A DNA stretch of 63,976 nt, the filler included, from Thraustochytrium aureum (Eukaryota), in NCBI GenBank assembly GCA_012862495.1. It is 5 parts of 4 records of this genome, joined end to end, with 100 filler letters (N's around TTAATTAATTAA, not from the genome) between each part and the next. Parts side by side here need not be neighbours in the genome. Positions count along the whole stretch, not along the records: positions 27,820 to 50,744 come from BLSG01000160.1; 4 more parts are not named here. One strand, given 5' to 3'. Below are positions 33,632 through 45,725 of the stretch, in pieces. The notes under the pieces were generated by a model, which was not told where the DNA came from, did no database searches, and was given only the letters and a program-made list of their open reading frames with translations. Position 1 is the stretch's first letter. Every line of letters starts with the position of its first letter. The position numbers and the translations under genes were made by a program.

Positions 33632-36600
33632 ATGAGCGCTTCCAGCAGCAACAGCACTGCGCAAAACAAAAACAGCCTCAAGGCAGCCGAGAAACTGAAA
33701 AGAATCATGTCGAGCGCGCCAGGCCTGTCGGCAGAGCCCGCTGCAGGGCAGAGCGGTACCAAGATAGTTCTGCCGAAGATCAGGGTGCAGCAAGCGGTAC
33801 CCGCACGCCCAGGCGGAGCCCAGGCAGCGAAACGAAAGCTTAGCGCTGGGTCGGGGGCGTCGGGGCCGTCGGGAGCTGGCAGCAAAGGATCTTCAAAGCG
33901 GCAAAACGTCGGGGGCTCTGCAGCGCCCGCTCGAAAGCGAGCAGGCCCCGCGGGAGGCGCCGCTCTCGCAGGGGAAAGCGGGCCCGCAGGCGCAACCGGA
34001 GGAGCACCCAACAGTTCCGGGGTTGCTACCGGCGCCGGCAAAGCTGGGGCCCCCATGTCGTCGAAAAAGTCGGCGGCTGCGGCACGAGAGGCCAAGCTTC
34101 AGCGCAAACAGAATGCGAGAATAGTCGAGTATGTGGCGCGACGCCGCGCTCTTGATCAGCAGCGCGACGCCCTGGTAGCCAAGGTTTCCAAGCTTCGTAG
34201 CAAGCTGGGACGGCCGCTAGCTCGCATCCCGGACCCACCTCGACCGAAAGCGCACTGGGACAACCTCCTTGAGGAAATGATGTGGATGGCCACTGACTTT
34301 ATGGAGGAGCGCAAGTTCAAGCTGCACGCGGCTGCCCGCCTCGCGAGAGACTCGCGGGCAGTCGTTCAAGCTCGCGTTGCAGAGCGCGAGCAGCAGTTGC
34401 GGACAACAGAAGCGCTGCACCGGTCTATCTGCGGCCGCGTCGCCCTGCACGCGCGAATGTTTTGGGACGCTGCTGTCCGGGTGGACAGAGGAGTGCAGGA
34501 CGCCACACCGCCCTTTGAGAGGGCTTTGCGAGCTGCGTTCAGTCGCAAGGCTCGCTCAGCGGTCTTGCCTTACGAGGATGACAGTTTTGAGCGGGACAAC
34601 CTCGTCGCAGACGCTGGGCGCGACCTCGACGAGCTGTTGCCGGCGCAGAGTCTTCCAACGAGCCGCGCAAGGCTCGATCTAGACGCCGACTTATTCTCAG
34701 TTCGACGGTCGCGCGCAGGTCAAATTGTGGCTTCGCAGCAGTGCGGCGGCGACCCCGCCGAAGCGGGGCCAGACCAGCGAGCCGCGCCGTCCTCTCGCTC
34801 TCGGATCGCAGGATGGATAGACATGTGGCGGGTTGAGTTGGTTCTCGACGAAGCCAGCCCGGAGCAAAGCGCGAGCCTCGACGAGGCGGCGAGCGAAGGC
34901 GTGGACAAAAAGCCCAAGGGGAGGCCGCAGAGGACTCCAGCTCGCGCCAAGACGAAGGGAAGAAGCAGCACCGGCGGCGCGGGCGCGTCCGCGGCGGGCG
35001 CTGCTGGGCCGGTTCACGTGGGCGAGGATGACGACCCGAGCGACCCTGACTTTGAACTCGTGCAAGCCGCGCAGGACACCCCCAGCACTGCGAGGGGGCT
35101 TGGGATCGATGGCGTCGCAGCTGAGCGAGCAAGAACGGCTCTTCCCCGAGGGCGAGTTTTACGGCTTGTCCGAGCTTGTTCAACTGGCTTTGGACGCTGG
35201 GCGCGATGCGCGACAGGTTGCCGAGGAGATCATGGGGGGAGAAGCCTTGGCCTTGGAGGCGGGGCCGAGAAGTCGCGCAGCCAGCGACCAGTCCGACGGA
35301 GCTATTCACGCTTCTGAAACGCGCGAAGGCGCATCTGAGGCTGGCAGTGGCAATGACTCTGCAAGCGAGCAAGAAATTGAAGAAAACGGCGCCGCAGAGC
35401 AGAGCGCGCATGCTGGCGACGACGAGGAGGAGGGGTCCACAACCGAGGAAGGCACGGCCGCGCTGGCCGACCCAAGCTTCAATGGCGGCTTTGGACCAGC
35501 GTCCGGCGAGTATGCCAAAGCGTTCGGCAACCTGGCAAGCTCTATTATGGCGGCCTTCGAACGGACCATGGAGGTTCCTGGGGCCGCAAGTCCGAGGAAC
35601 TGGCTCGTCCCCCGGCTGCTGTCGCCGCAATGCGTCAGGGATCTCTTTGACCACCACATGATGGCTGTCCAGTGGCTGATTCACATGCACAAGCAGCGGC
35701 TTGGAGCCGTGCTTGCAGACGAACGTGGACTCGGCAAGGAGGTTAGCACCATAACGTTTCTCGCTTCGCTGGCGGGGGAGCGGGGAAACTGGGGCCCGCA
35801 TCTCGTGTTGTGTGCACCGGGAAAGAGCTTGACCTGGGAGATCGAGTTCCTGACCTGGTGCCCGGCGCTGCGCGTCTCCCGCGGCCGGCTCGCGCCGCGC
35901 AGCAACGTGGTCATCCTCTCGCTTGAAGACGCCTGCGCGGCGAGCGCTGTGCTTCGGCGCGTTCCGTGGCAGCACATCGTCTGGGACTTTAGCGGCGACT
36001 GCGACCCTTCCGATGAGGCGATCGCAGCCTCAGCCCCCTTGCGCTGTCAAGGGCGCCTTGTTCTCGCCGAGAATGAAACAAGCGCAAAGGACCTGGCCCC
36101 GGCTCTTGCGTTCTGCCTCCTGCCTTCTGTCTTTGGGTCGCTCGGACTCGCGCGTGACTGGGCCAAGAAAAAATCGTGCAACGCATGGAAGGACTGCGTG
36201 GAGGCATTCACCTATGCACGGACCTGCAGCGACGCGTTGGGGATCGAAACGGCGCCGGTTCAAAGTGAGCCGGTCTTTTGCGCTGCTTCGCCACTTCAAG
36301 TTGCCCTGTCCAGGCGTCTTCTGGATGCCGCCGACATTGAGAGCGACCTGACTGGTGCACAGGTGCCGTCTCGCTCTTCCAAGCGCGCCTCGTCGCGCCA
36401 GAAGAACCCTCTTGACACCGCACTCGCGGTAGCCATCGAGCAAATCGGCCTCCACCCGTACCTCCTCAACCCAGACAGAGCGCCGCAGGCCTTTGCGATG
36501 GCGTCGGTGGTGGACACATCTGGCATAATTCAAACGCGCCAAGTCCTTGCTGCCATCGGTGGCGTGAAAGACTTCTCTGCCCCGCATGATCTCGCTCTCG

Positions 36601-39600
36601 AAGCGGGCCTATTCTCGCAGGCAGAGGTCCAGTCACTTCCCGCGCCGCTCAAGCCTTGGGCGGCTCTTGGTGAAGACCGCCTCCGTCGGCATCGTCGCGT
36701 CGTGGAACGCTGTGCGCAGCCTCGGGTCGGCAGCGATGCGAGGGGACAAGTGGATTCGGCCATCGCTCCCCTGCGATTCGGTGACTTGCGAGCCGCGCGA
36801 GCGCCGCTGATAAGCAGGCGCTTGTGTGCCGCTGTGACCCTCGTTGGCGACAAGCCCTCTGACCAAGCCTTGTTGTCTGCAGTGTCGAGCTTTGTTCGGC
36901 TCGACGGCGAATCAGCGCGTGCGTCGGCCTTTCTTCAGCGCAAAAGGTTTGTCATCGCTCGCTCTCATGCATTTTCCCCTGGCCAAGCAGCCGTGGCCAA
37001 CTCGAGCTTGGACGCGCTTTGCGTTGGTATTGGCGGATGCTCTTCGGAGCTGCGAGGGTCTGGAATCCTAGCCGCGCTGGCCCGCAGCGTAATCCCTGAC
37101 CTCACGCGCGAGTTGGGTTCCAAGGTGCTCGTCGTGGCGCACGATGCGCGTCTCCTGGACCTTGCGCAAGCCGCTCTTAGCCAAGCGCGCGTCTGTTCGA
37201 TCCGGCTCGATGGCAGCCAAATCCCTGAAGACCGGGCCCTTTGTCTCCTCCGCCTTTCGCGGTCGCCGTCGGCCTCTGTGGGGCTCGCCGCACTCGAGAA
37301 CGTTGACCAGCTCTGTGAACTCGGAACAGACGTTGAATCCGGGCTCGCGGTGTGTTCTGCGCTCGTAGTTTTGGATCGACAGCTCGATCCTGCGGCTGAT
37401 GTTGCAGACGTGGACACCGTTGCAGAAACCATCGCTCTGGCACGCGCGCGTCGCACTGCGCTCGCCTCCAACGAAGGCAACGCGGGCGCCGTGGGCCGTG
37501 GTGCTCCCTTTCCTGTTCGGAGGCTCGAAACCTCGTGGCCGAATGAAACCTCAACTACCGATGAAGTGGGTGGAGAAGGCCGCCAGGACGACGAGAGGAA
37601 CGAGCCATCTTGGTTTCGACCCCTCGATCTGGCCGAAATTAGGGCGGCTCTGCGTTCAAAAGGCAAGAAGTCTCCCTCAACGACGGGGCTTTCTGCGTTT
37701 GTGGAAAGCAACATCGCTCGTCTCCTGAACCGATCTGGTAGTTCGAGCGCTGGGAGCTTAGATTCAGCAGCGAGCACGGGAGATTCCGGCGTGCACAGTG
37801 GGGGCGAAGCCGCGGACGTGAACACCGGTCCCGATTCGGACCCGCTTGGGCAGCGTGGAGAGCTCTCGCGTGCGGTGGAGCTTATTTCTGTCATTGACTG
37901 CCCTGGCTCAGTATACCAGAGCATCGTCGGCGCCCCGAGCTCGCCTTCTTCAACTGGGCCGCTTCGAGCCTTTGTCGCTGAGCCGCGTTCTAGTGCCGAG
38001 AGGTATTTGGACAACCCAGACCCCCCTCGAGCTGAATGCCCCGCCCTCCAGCCGTCGGGCTCGACAGAGGGGTCCTCAAAGCCGAGCTCCGGGCCTGATG
38101 CAGGTGTCGGGCTTGACGGCGATGTTTCACTGGAATCCGCGAATGCCCAAGTTGACAGGGATCGGGTTGAAGGAGTCGTTTCGAGCACGCCTGGAGAAGC
38201 GGGGGTCGCCGTTTCGAGCGGGGAAAGGCGCGAGCTTGAGGCAGATGGAGAAACTGCGAGGACAACTCCGTTGGATGGCCCACCCGAGGTTCCGTCTTTC
38301 GTGTTTCGCAAGCGAGACTTTCCCTTTTTGGACGAGGACGACGAGGAGGACGAGGACGACGAAGAGGAAGATTCCGACGTGTCCTCCTACGGCGAGGGCG
38401 AGGCTGCAGCCGACATGGAGCCCAACGCGGGGTCTGCGGGCGGCGGGCGGCGGAAACGGCAACGAATGCTGCCCAGGGTAGAGCCGCGGGAAGGAGCCGC
38501 CGCAACTGCAAGCGGCCCATATTCGTTTTGGGACGCTGACGAAGCAAGCGGCGAAGCGGACCTCGATGTCGATGAGCAGGGCGTTGGATCTGTGAAAGGC
38601 CACGCTTCGCGGTTCGCTTTCGGGTGGCTCAACAAGACAACCCCAGCTGAGGTCCTCGTCGTGGACACACGGCGCCTGCCAAGCCTCTACAAAGACCCCA
38701 GCGTCATGGATGCGAGTACTGATCTCTCTGGTAGCGATGACGGTTGGCCGACGGAAGAGGAGGCCTCGGCCACGACTGCAGTGTCGCTCAAAGAGGATGT
38801 TGAGTGGCTGCGAGACGCCGCACTGCACGAGCCGTTGTACTACGACCCCGGTGACGGTTTCGGCAAAGCCAGCACTCTGCGCGGCCTTCTGGAGGAGCTC
38901 GCGCAAGACCCAGCAAACGCAGGTTGCGCTTTCCATGTGTACGGGCCCCCGAATCCGGATGCCCCGGACGCCGACGTCGCGTCCCTCGCAGTCCCTCCTG
39001 GCCTATCAAGCCAAAGCGCCGGGCCCGGCAACCCTAGCATCCAGCAGCCAAGGTTTGTTGTCAGTTTGCACAAGTCTCGAACCGTGGAGATTGTCAACGA
39101 CTTCGTGGCCACGTCAGGAACCGAGCCGTTCGGCCTTGGCATGGATGGCCTGCTTACTGTCGATGAAAAGGCGAGCTCAAGCAAGCGCGGTGTGCAGGCT
39201 GGCGTGGATGACGAGGCGAGGAAGAAATCGAGAGGCGAGAAGAAGCGGAATGGCGCCTCCTCGTCAGTGGCTTCGGTGGCCGAGAAAGACGACCCTTTCG
39301 CGGAGGAGGACGAGACGGCAGTGGAGGACCTCTCCGCAATCGCGTCTGGGGGCGAGGTCAACTGGAACGTCCAGGTCCCAAAATTGAAAAAGTCGGCGCT
39401 CAAGAAGGACAAGGCCGCCGGCGACGCCATCAAGTGGACTGCTTGGGAAGACGCAGCGATATTGCGCGCCGTGGAGGTCTTTGGGCCCAATTGGGACCTC
39501 GTGGCCAGCGTTATTGCGAGCCCGTTCGGCCGCGCGCGAACTGCTTTGCAGGTTGTTGAACGCTACCACCGCGTCCGCAGCGAGCACAAAGCTGCCGAGG

Positions 39601-41027
39601 ACACTCCGTGGGTGGCTGGGCAAGGGCTGCGCGTGAAGGACATCGGGGGCTGGGCAACTCCGCCATTGCACCTGCAGGATCTTTTGCTGCGTGCTCCACA
39701 ATTCCGGCGGAGGCATGGTCAAGGTGCGATTTGTGTCTTCCCTCCTCGAATGACGCTCCCTGCGCCGTCAGATATCGAACGGCAAGGAGCGGGGTCTGTG
39801 TTTAGCGNNNNNNNNNNNNNNNNNNNNNNNNNNNNNNNNNNNNNNNNNNNNNNNNNNNNNNNNNNNNNNNNNNNNNNNNNNNNNNNNNNNNNNNNNNNNN
39901 NNNNNNNNNNNNNNNNNNNNNNNNNNNNNNNNNNNNNNNNNNNNNNNNNNNNNNNNNNNNNNNNNNNNNNNNNNNNNNNNNNNNNNNNNNNNNNNNNNNN
40001 NNNNNNNNNNNNNNNNNNNNNNNNNNNNNNNNNNNNNNNNNNNNNNNNNNNNNNNNNNNNNNNNNNNNNNNNNNNNNNNNNNNNNNNNNNNNNNNNNNNN
40101 NNNNNNNNNNNNNNNNNNNNNNNNNNNNNNNNNNNNNNNNNNNNNNNGCAGCAGACGCTGGACAAGGCGGCCCGTGCGCGGGCAGCCTCTGCACAAGCTG
40201 CTGGCCCGTTGGGCTCGAGGTCTCACTCGGGGTCCTCCTCGTCCTCGTCTGTCGCGGTTCGAAGGGTCGGGGGAGCGCCCCAGCAAATGCAGCAGACCGC
40301 CCAGCAGCGCTACTACCCGCAAGGTGGGCCTGGCCCGAGTGCCAATGCTGGGAATGCGAGGCCAGTCTCCCGGCAGCCTTCGAACCCGGCCGCGCGCGGG
40401 CCACCGAACCCGAGCCCTGCGCAGCAATCTGCACAGCACCAAAACCAAGCTGCGTCTCGATTGCCAACCAAGCGACCCCAGCAGGGGTTTCAGCAAGGGG
40501 ATAGCTCGGGAGCGCCGAACTGGGGGGGCGGCCCCGGGCCTCGTCAGATCTCTCCAGCGCAGCATAGCTCAGCGAGCCAAGGGAGGCCATTTCCTCAAGC
40601 GCGAGACCATCCCGGTATGCAGCAGCACGTCGCGCACGACCCGCACGGCTACGCTGCCTCTGGGTCGCGCGGGTTTGGGAACCCGACCATGTCCCCGCTC
40701 TCCGTGCAAGGGCGCGGGCCCTATCAAGCCGAGCCCCTGCCGCTGCACAACCGCCAAGGTATGGCTGTTCGCGACGGGGCAAGCCACGTTCAGCATTACC
40801 CTGTGCAGCCTGTCCAGCAGGCTTACCCAGCGCAACAACACCACCAGCACGTCCCGATTGAGGACCATCAGTACGGCAATGTCTACGACCAGCGCGACCG
40901 TGGCGTTGCGCAAGCGCAATCGAGGCACCAGCACCTGGGCCAGCAAGTGCGCCCACAACAACAACAACAACAACACCCCAGCCAGGGCCGTGATGCAGAG
41001 TACCACAATTCGAACCAGGGACGGTAA
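33632..41027 (+). CDS. SWR1/p400/PIE1-like protein: HSA + degenerate SNF2 ATPase + SANT/Myb + Q-rich tail (frameshift ~35095-35104, internal gap)
   Basis: HSA: PKAHWDNLLEEMMWMATDFMEERKFK. SNF2 lobe 1: QWLIHMHKQRLGAVLADERGLGKE...FLASLAGERGNWGPHLV. Lobe 2: KVLVV..ARLLDL...IRLDGS..EDR. SANT: WTAWEDAAILRAVEVFGPNWDLVA...RTALQVVERY. Confidence 0.82.
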
Positions 41028-41333
41028 CCAGGGACGGTACCTAAGAGAGAACCATCTTGTATTGCTTTTGATCGACACAAGCACCTTTCCCCGGATTCAT
41101 TGACTTGCCGAATTGACAGAGTGATGGGAACCCAGCGCGCCTCGCGAGCGCCGAGCCGAGCCGATGGGGGCCGAGGGCTTCACTCTTTTAAACCGATGGC
41201 CTGAGCCTATCTCGCTCGTCCCTTTCCGCGGTGCCCCAACAACTCTGCACCTTCCATAGGGACGGGACTTGCACGAGTACAGTAGTCACTGGCATGCCCT
41301 CTCGCCGGAGAGGGCTGCAAACCGCGGTGCGGG

Positions 41334-42418
41334 TTACTTTGGCTTTGCTGAAGGAGGAGCATCAACTCGCGCTACTGAGATCGCTCCAGGGCGGGCCGGG
41401 TTGTAGTCGTGGAACATGGTTTCCGCAAGGGGCGCAAGCTCAGGGTCCGGCACGAAGCCCGCCGGGTCGAGCTGCTGCGCGATCGCGTGCGCGACAAGCT
41501 TCGAGATTGCTGGCGACTCCATGACTCCATGAGGGCCCAGGCCTCCAACGATCCAAGCGCTCGGGAGGCCGAATTCTCCAAGTGGACCGACGATCGGGAG
41601 CCCATCTGCGCTAAACGGCACTGTTGCAGGGTTCCAACACGCACTGCCGAGTCAGCACACTGCAAGTGCCTCCCAAACTCGGTCGGGGTTGGCCTGTTTG
41701 GCAAAAAACTTACTCGGCCCAGCCCACGCGCCCTCTACCTCGAGCGTGGCGAGCGACGGCGCAAAGGTGTATACGTGTTGACGATTGGCAACGACCTCAG
41801 CCTCTTCGACGCCATAGAGCACCTCATGACCGACTCGAATGTCGCCAACGCTGCAAGGCATTCGTGCACCCCCGAACAAAACTCTGCCGTCGTCCGTCGG
41901 GCGACCGTATGCATGGCGGATTACCCGATTGTGCTCTGCATCATGAGTCACGTATCGAGGGAGGCCGCGAAGCGCTGGAAGATCCTGCCGGAAAGCCAGG
42001 GCGCTCTCCGTTATAAAAATGACCTTGCGGAGCGCCCCTTCGGCAGGCTCCGTGAGCCAAATCTGACCCTTGACGGGAGACACCGGGACAGAGAGGCCCA
42101 ACTGCGATGCGAGGTCGTGGGCCCAAGCGCCGGTGCAGAGCGCGAGGATTTCGCAGAGAAACACGTGGCCAGCCTTGGTCTGCACCTCAAACCCGGGCCG
42201 ACCGTCGGCGCGCTGCCGCAGAGCGACGACTTCAGAGCTCTCCTTGATCAGCACGTCGACGTTGTTGTCCGCGGCTGCCTCCACGAGAGCTTGTGCTGCC
42301 AGCGCAGGGTCGACGTAGCCGCTTTGGGGCGTGTGCGACGCGCCGATCACAGAGCCGCCTGCTAGAGCGGGCTCCAGGGCCGCCACGGCGGGATTGCCTT
42401 CGATGAGCTGCACTTGCG
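41334..42418 (-). CDS. FAD-dependent amino-acid oxidoreductase (DAO/glycine/sarcosine oxidase family), 5' part in gap, intron 41621-41713
   Basis: GYVDPALA, LCTGAW..L...LGL.VPVSPVKGQI, YGRPTDDGRVLFGG, WAGP|MPFSADGLPIVG and GLGPHGVMESPA. Confidence 0.85.
41621..41713 (-). other. Spliceosomal intron, 93 nt, phase 1
   Basis: CCGA|GTAAGT...GCTGAC...AACAG|TGCCG restores W-A-G-P-M-P-F-S-A-D-G. Confidence 0.88.
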
Positions 42419-43994
42419 NNNNNNNNNNNNNNNNNNNNNNNNNNNNNNNNNNNNNNNNNNNNNNNNNNNNNNNNNNNNNNNNNNNNNNNNNNNNNNNNNN
42501 NNNNNNNNNNNNNNNNNNNNNNNNNNNNNNNNNNNNNNNNNNNNNNNNNNNNNNNNNNNNNNNNNNNNNNNNNNNNNNNNNNNNNNNNNNNNNNNNNNNN
42601 NNNNNNNNNNNNNNNNNNNNNNNNNNNNNNNNNNNNNNNNNNNNNNNNNNNNNNNNNNNNNNNNNNNNNNNNNNNNNNNNNNNNNNNNNNNNNNNNNNNN
42701 NNNNNNNNNNNNNNNNNNNNNNNNNNNNNNNNNNNNNNNNNNNNNNNNNNNNNNNNNNNNNNNNNNNNNNNNNNNNNNNNNNNNNNNNNNNNNNNNNNNN
42801 NNNNNNNNNNNNNNNNNNNNNNNNNNNNNNNNNNNNNNNNNNNNNNNNNNNNNNNNNNNNNNNNNNNNNNNNNNNNNNNNNNNNNNNNNNNNNNNNNNNN
42901 NNNNNNNNNNNNNNNNNNNNNNNNNNNNNNNNNNNNNNNNNNNNNNNNNNNNNNNNNNNNNNNNNNNNNNNNNNNNNNNNNNNNNNNNNNNNNNNNNNNN
43001 NNNNNNNNNNNNNNNNNNNNNNNNNNNNNNNNNNNNNNNNNNNNNNNNNNNNNNNNNNNNNNNNNNNNNNNNNNNNNNNNNNNNNNNNNNNNNNNNNNNN
43101 NNNNNNNNNNNNNNNNNNNNNNNNNNNNNNNNNNNNNNNNNNNNNNNNNNNNNNNNNNNNNNNNNNNNNNNNNNNNNNNNNNNNNNNNNNNNNNNNNNNN
43201 NNNNNNNNNNNNNNNNNNNNNNNNNNNNNNNNNNNNNNNNNNNNNNNNNNNNNNNNNNNNNNNNNNNNNNNNNNNNNNNNNNNNNNNNNNNNNNNNNNNN
43301 NNNNNNNNNNNNNNNNNNNNNNNNNNNNNNNNNNNATGTCACAAGAGTCACGCCGTCTCCTGGCGCGCACGCAGGGCTTGCCCGCGCACGGCCGGCGCTC
43401 TGGCTTCTCAGGAGCCTCTCGAGCGCTCAGCTCTCGTTTGAGCGGCCGACCGGGGCGCGCTTTTTGCTCTGGCGCGAGGCGGCCTTGGCGTGGGAGAACA
43501 CCGTGCCCAGCCGGCAAGCGCCCGTCGAGCGAGGCAACCGATGGCGCGCGGCGCGACGTGGACCGCCTTCTGAGTCGCAACAGCGCACAGGCTCAGGCTG
43601 CGTCGCCCTTGCACCGGCGGGGCGGGGGAGGAAAATTGGTGTCTTTCTCTACCTGAAGTCGTCGACCAGCTGGCACACAAAGGCCTCGCGCGAAGTAGCA
43701 GCATCCTCGGGCTCTGCCGCCGTTTCTGCTGCTGGTGCTCGAGGACCAAATGACGCACCGGTAGGCCGGTCCTTTCCGTCAACGATATGGCGATTGGACC
43801 ATCTTCAGGAAAAAGATGGATGTAGTGTATGTCGAGGGGTGGCGCGCGTGGGGGAAAAGGGCTCCACGTCCACGAGACGGCGCAGAGGCCGCGGGTAGCT
43901 GCGGCGGAGAATGGGGCGCAAGCAACGCGAGGTTGCGTTCGGTCGATCGCGCACGCCCACGCTGTTAGGAACGCAGATTTGAAGAAAGCCCACG

Positions 43995-45725
43995 CTAGGC
44001 TGCGGTTCGCTCAGCGACGCGTTCGGGCCCGAGCGAGCCCGGGCCAGTTTGGCACGTGACGGGCTGCGGCAGCTCGCCGTCGTAAAGGTCGATGAAATAC
44101 AGGAGGCCGTCCGACGAGCTCACCGCGAAGGCGCTGCAGGAAACCGGGATGATGTCGATTAGGTAAGCGGCGAGCTGATAGCTCGCGACGCACGACTTGG
44201 AGCCGAGGTCCCAGATCCGCACCGTACCGTCCGACGAGCAGGACGCCAGGCGAACTCCACGACCGCGCGCCGTCCCGGGTTCGTGGGTCCGCGCACTTCG
44301 GTCGGGCGGCAGGAAACAGGCCGCGCGAAGCGGCCCTTCATGGCCTTCCAGCACACCTCGCAGACGCCTGTATGTGCGTCCCATACGCGTATGCTGCGGT
44401 CGTACGAGCACGAGACTAGGAGGTCGTCCAAAGGCACGNNNNNNNNNNNNNNNNNNNNNNNNNNNNNNNNNNNNNNNNNNNNNNNNNNNNNNNNNNNNNN
44501 NNNNNNNNNNNNNNNNNNNNNNNNNNNNNNNNNNNNNNNNNNNNNNNNNNNNNNNNNNNNNNNNNNNNNNNNNNNNNNNNNNNNNNNNNNNAGGCAGTGG
44601 CGCATGCGCGACAAACGAGTCCCGTTGGTGGCCGTCCAAAGTGTGCAAGATGGAGGCGCTGTCGAGGTCAACCACGTACACAGCAAAGTCCTCGCAGCCG
44701 AGCGCGGCGCGGCTCGCGTGGCCCGCAGCGCCCCAAGGCCCCTGCAAAACCGCGATGCTTGTGATGGCTTGCGGGATGCTGCACAGTACTCCGCCTGGCT
44801 TGCCAAACTCTGGCCACGTATGGCCGTCGCGCTCGAGGACGGAGAAGAGGTGCCCGTTGCGAAGACCGACAAGGAGATTCAAGTGGGGCGTTTTCGGCCC
44901 CTCGTGGTCTGAGGCCAGCAAAACGGAGCGAATCCCCAGCGACGCGACCCACTCCGGAAAGGGCCCCAAAGTGCGAACGCACGTGTTCGTTGCGAGGTCC
45001 CACTGCTTGACCGTGCAGTCGTCAGAGCCTGTCCACACGCGGCTCGACGGCGCGCTTTCAGCTACAACGGCGCAAACGGTGGCCCCGTGGCCCGTGAGCT
45101 CTGCCTGGACCTGTCCCGTCTCGCAGCTAAACACCTTGACGTTGCAGTTTGACGAGCCGGCAACCACGACCTCCTGCGAACCAATCGTCACGTGCGCAAT
45201 GGAAACGAGCCACTCTTCTGGGCGCTCCGTCGCGCTGCCGTCAGGTTGATTCGATGTAAAGGCGCACTCAGCGGCCAGAATGGGTCCGTGGCGAGCATGA
45301 AGTCCTCGCCTCCTCTGGTGCTGCAGCCCCTCAACTGCAGGATGGTCGAAGCCAAGCTCGCTCCCCAGCGCGGCCCACATGTGATCTTGAAACGAATTGC
45401 TGCACTCGAGCACGCTGTCCGCCCGAAACATGCTGGTAACCGTGCCGATCGCGCGGAGAAGCGCAGCTCGTGTGCTCGGTTCGGGCATAAAGTCCAGCTG
45501 CAAGAGCACATCGACGTGCCCGCCGCTCCCGGCCTTCGCTGCCGCGGCGAGCGTCGTCGCCTCGGTCACAGCTTTCCACACCGCCTTGGTGATCGGCTGC
45601 GACTCGATTCGCGCGAATGCCGCGACAAGCACTGCGCGAAGGTCTTGCGCCGCGAGCCACGGCGCAACCAGGCCCAGCACGACCTCAGCGTTCGCCAGAT
45701 CAGCGTCGCCAGCGCCCGGCCGCAT
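43995..45725 (-). CDS. WD40-repeat protein, possibly with a degenerate N-terminal F-box-like segment
   Basis: WD repeats LTGHGATV...TGSDDCTVKQWD, TLDGH, VSCSYDRSIRVWD and LEGH...ASCSSDGTVRIWD. Gap and a frameshift near 44360. Confidence 0.8.
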   Translation of the reverse strand: MRPGAGDADLANAEVVLGLVAPWLAAQDLRAVLVAAFARIESQPITKAVWKAVTEATTLAAAAKAGSGGHVDVLLQLDFMPEPSTRAALLRAIGTVTSMFRADSVLECSNSFQDHMWAALGSELGFDHPAVEGLQHQRRRGLHARHGPILAAECAFTSNQPDGSATERPEEWLVSIAHVTIGSQEVVVAGSSNCNVKVFSCETGQVQAELTGHGATVCAVVAESAPSSRVWTGSDDCTVKQWDLATNTCVRTLGPFPEWVASLGIRSVLLASDHEGPKTPHLNLLVGLRNGHLFSVLERDGHTWPEFGKPGGVLCSIPQAITSIAVLQGPWGAAGHASRAALGCEDFAVYVVDLDSASILHTLDGHQRDSFVAHAPLPXXXXXXXXXXXXXXXXXXXXXXXXXXXXXXXXXXXXXXXXXXXXXXXXXXXRAFGRPPSLVLVRPQHTRMGRTYRRLRGVLEGHEGPLRAACFLPPDRSARTHEPGTARGRGVRLASCSSDGTVRIWDLGSKSCVASYQLAAYLIDIIPVSCSAFAVSSSDGLLYFIDLYDGELPQPVTCQTGPGSLGPERVAERTAA

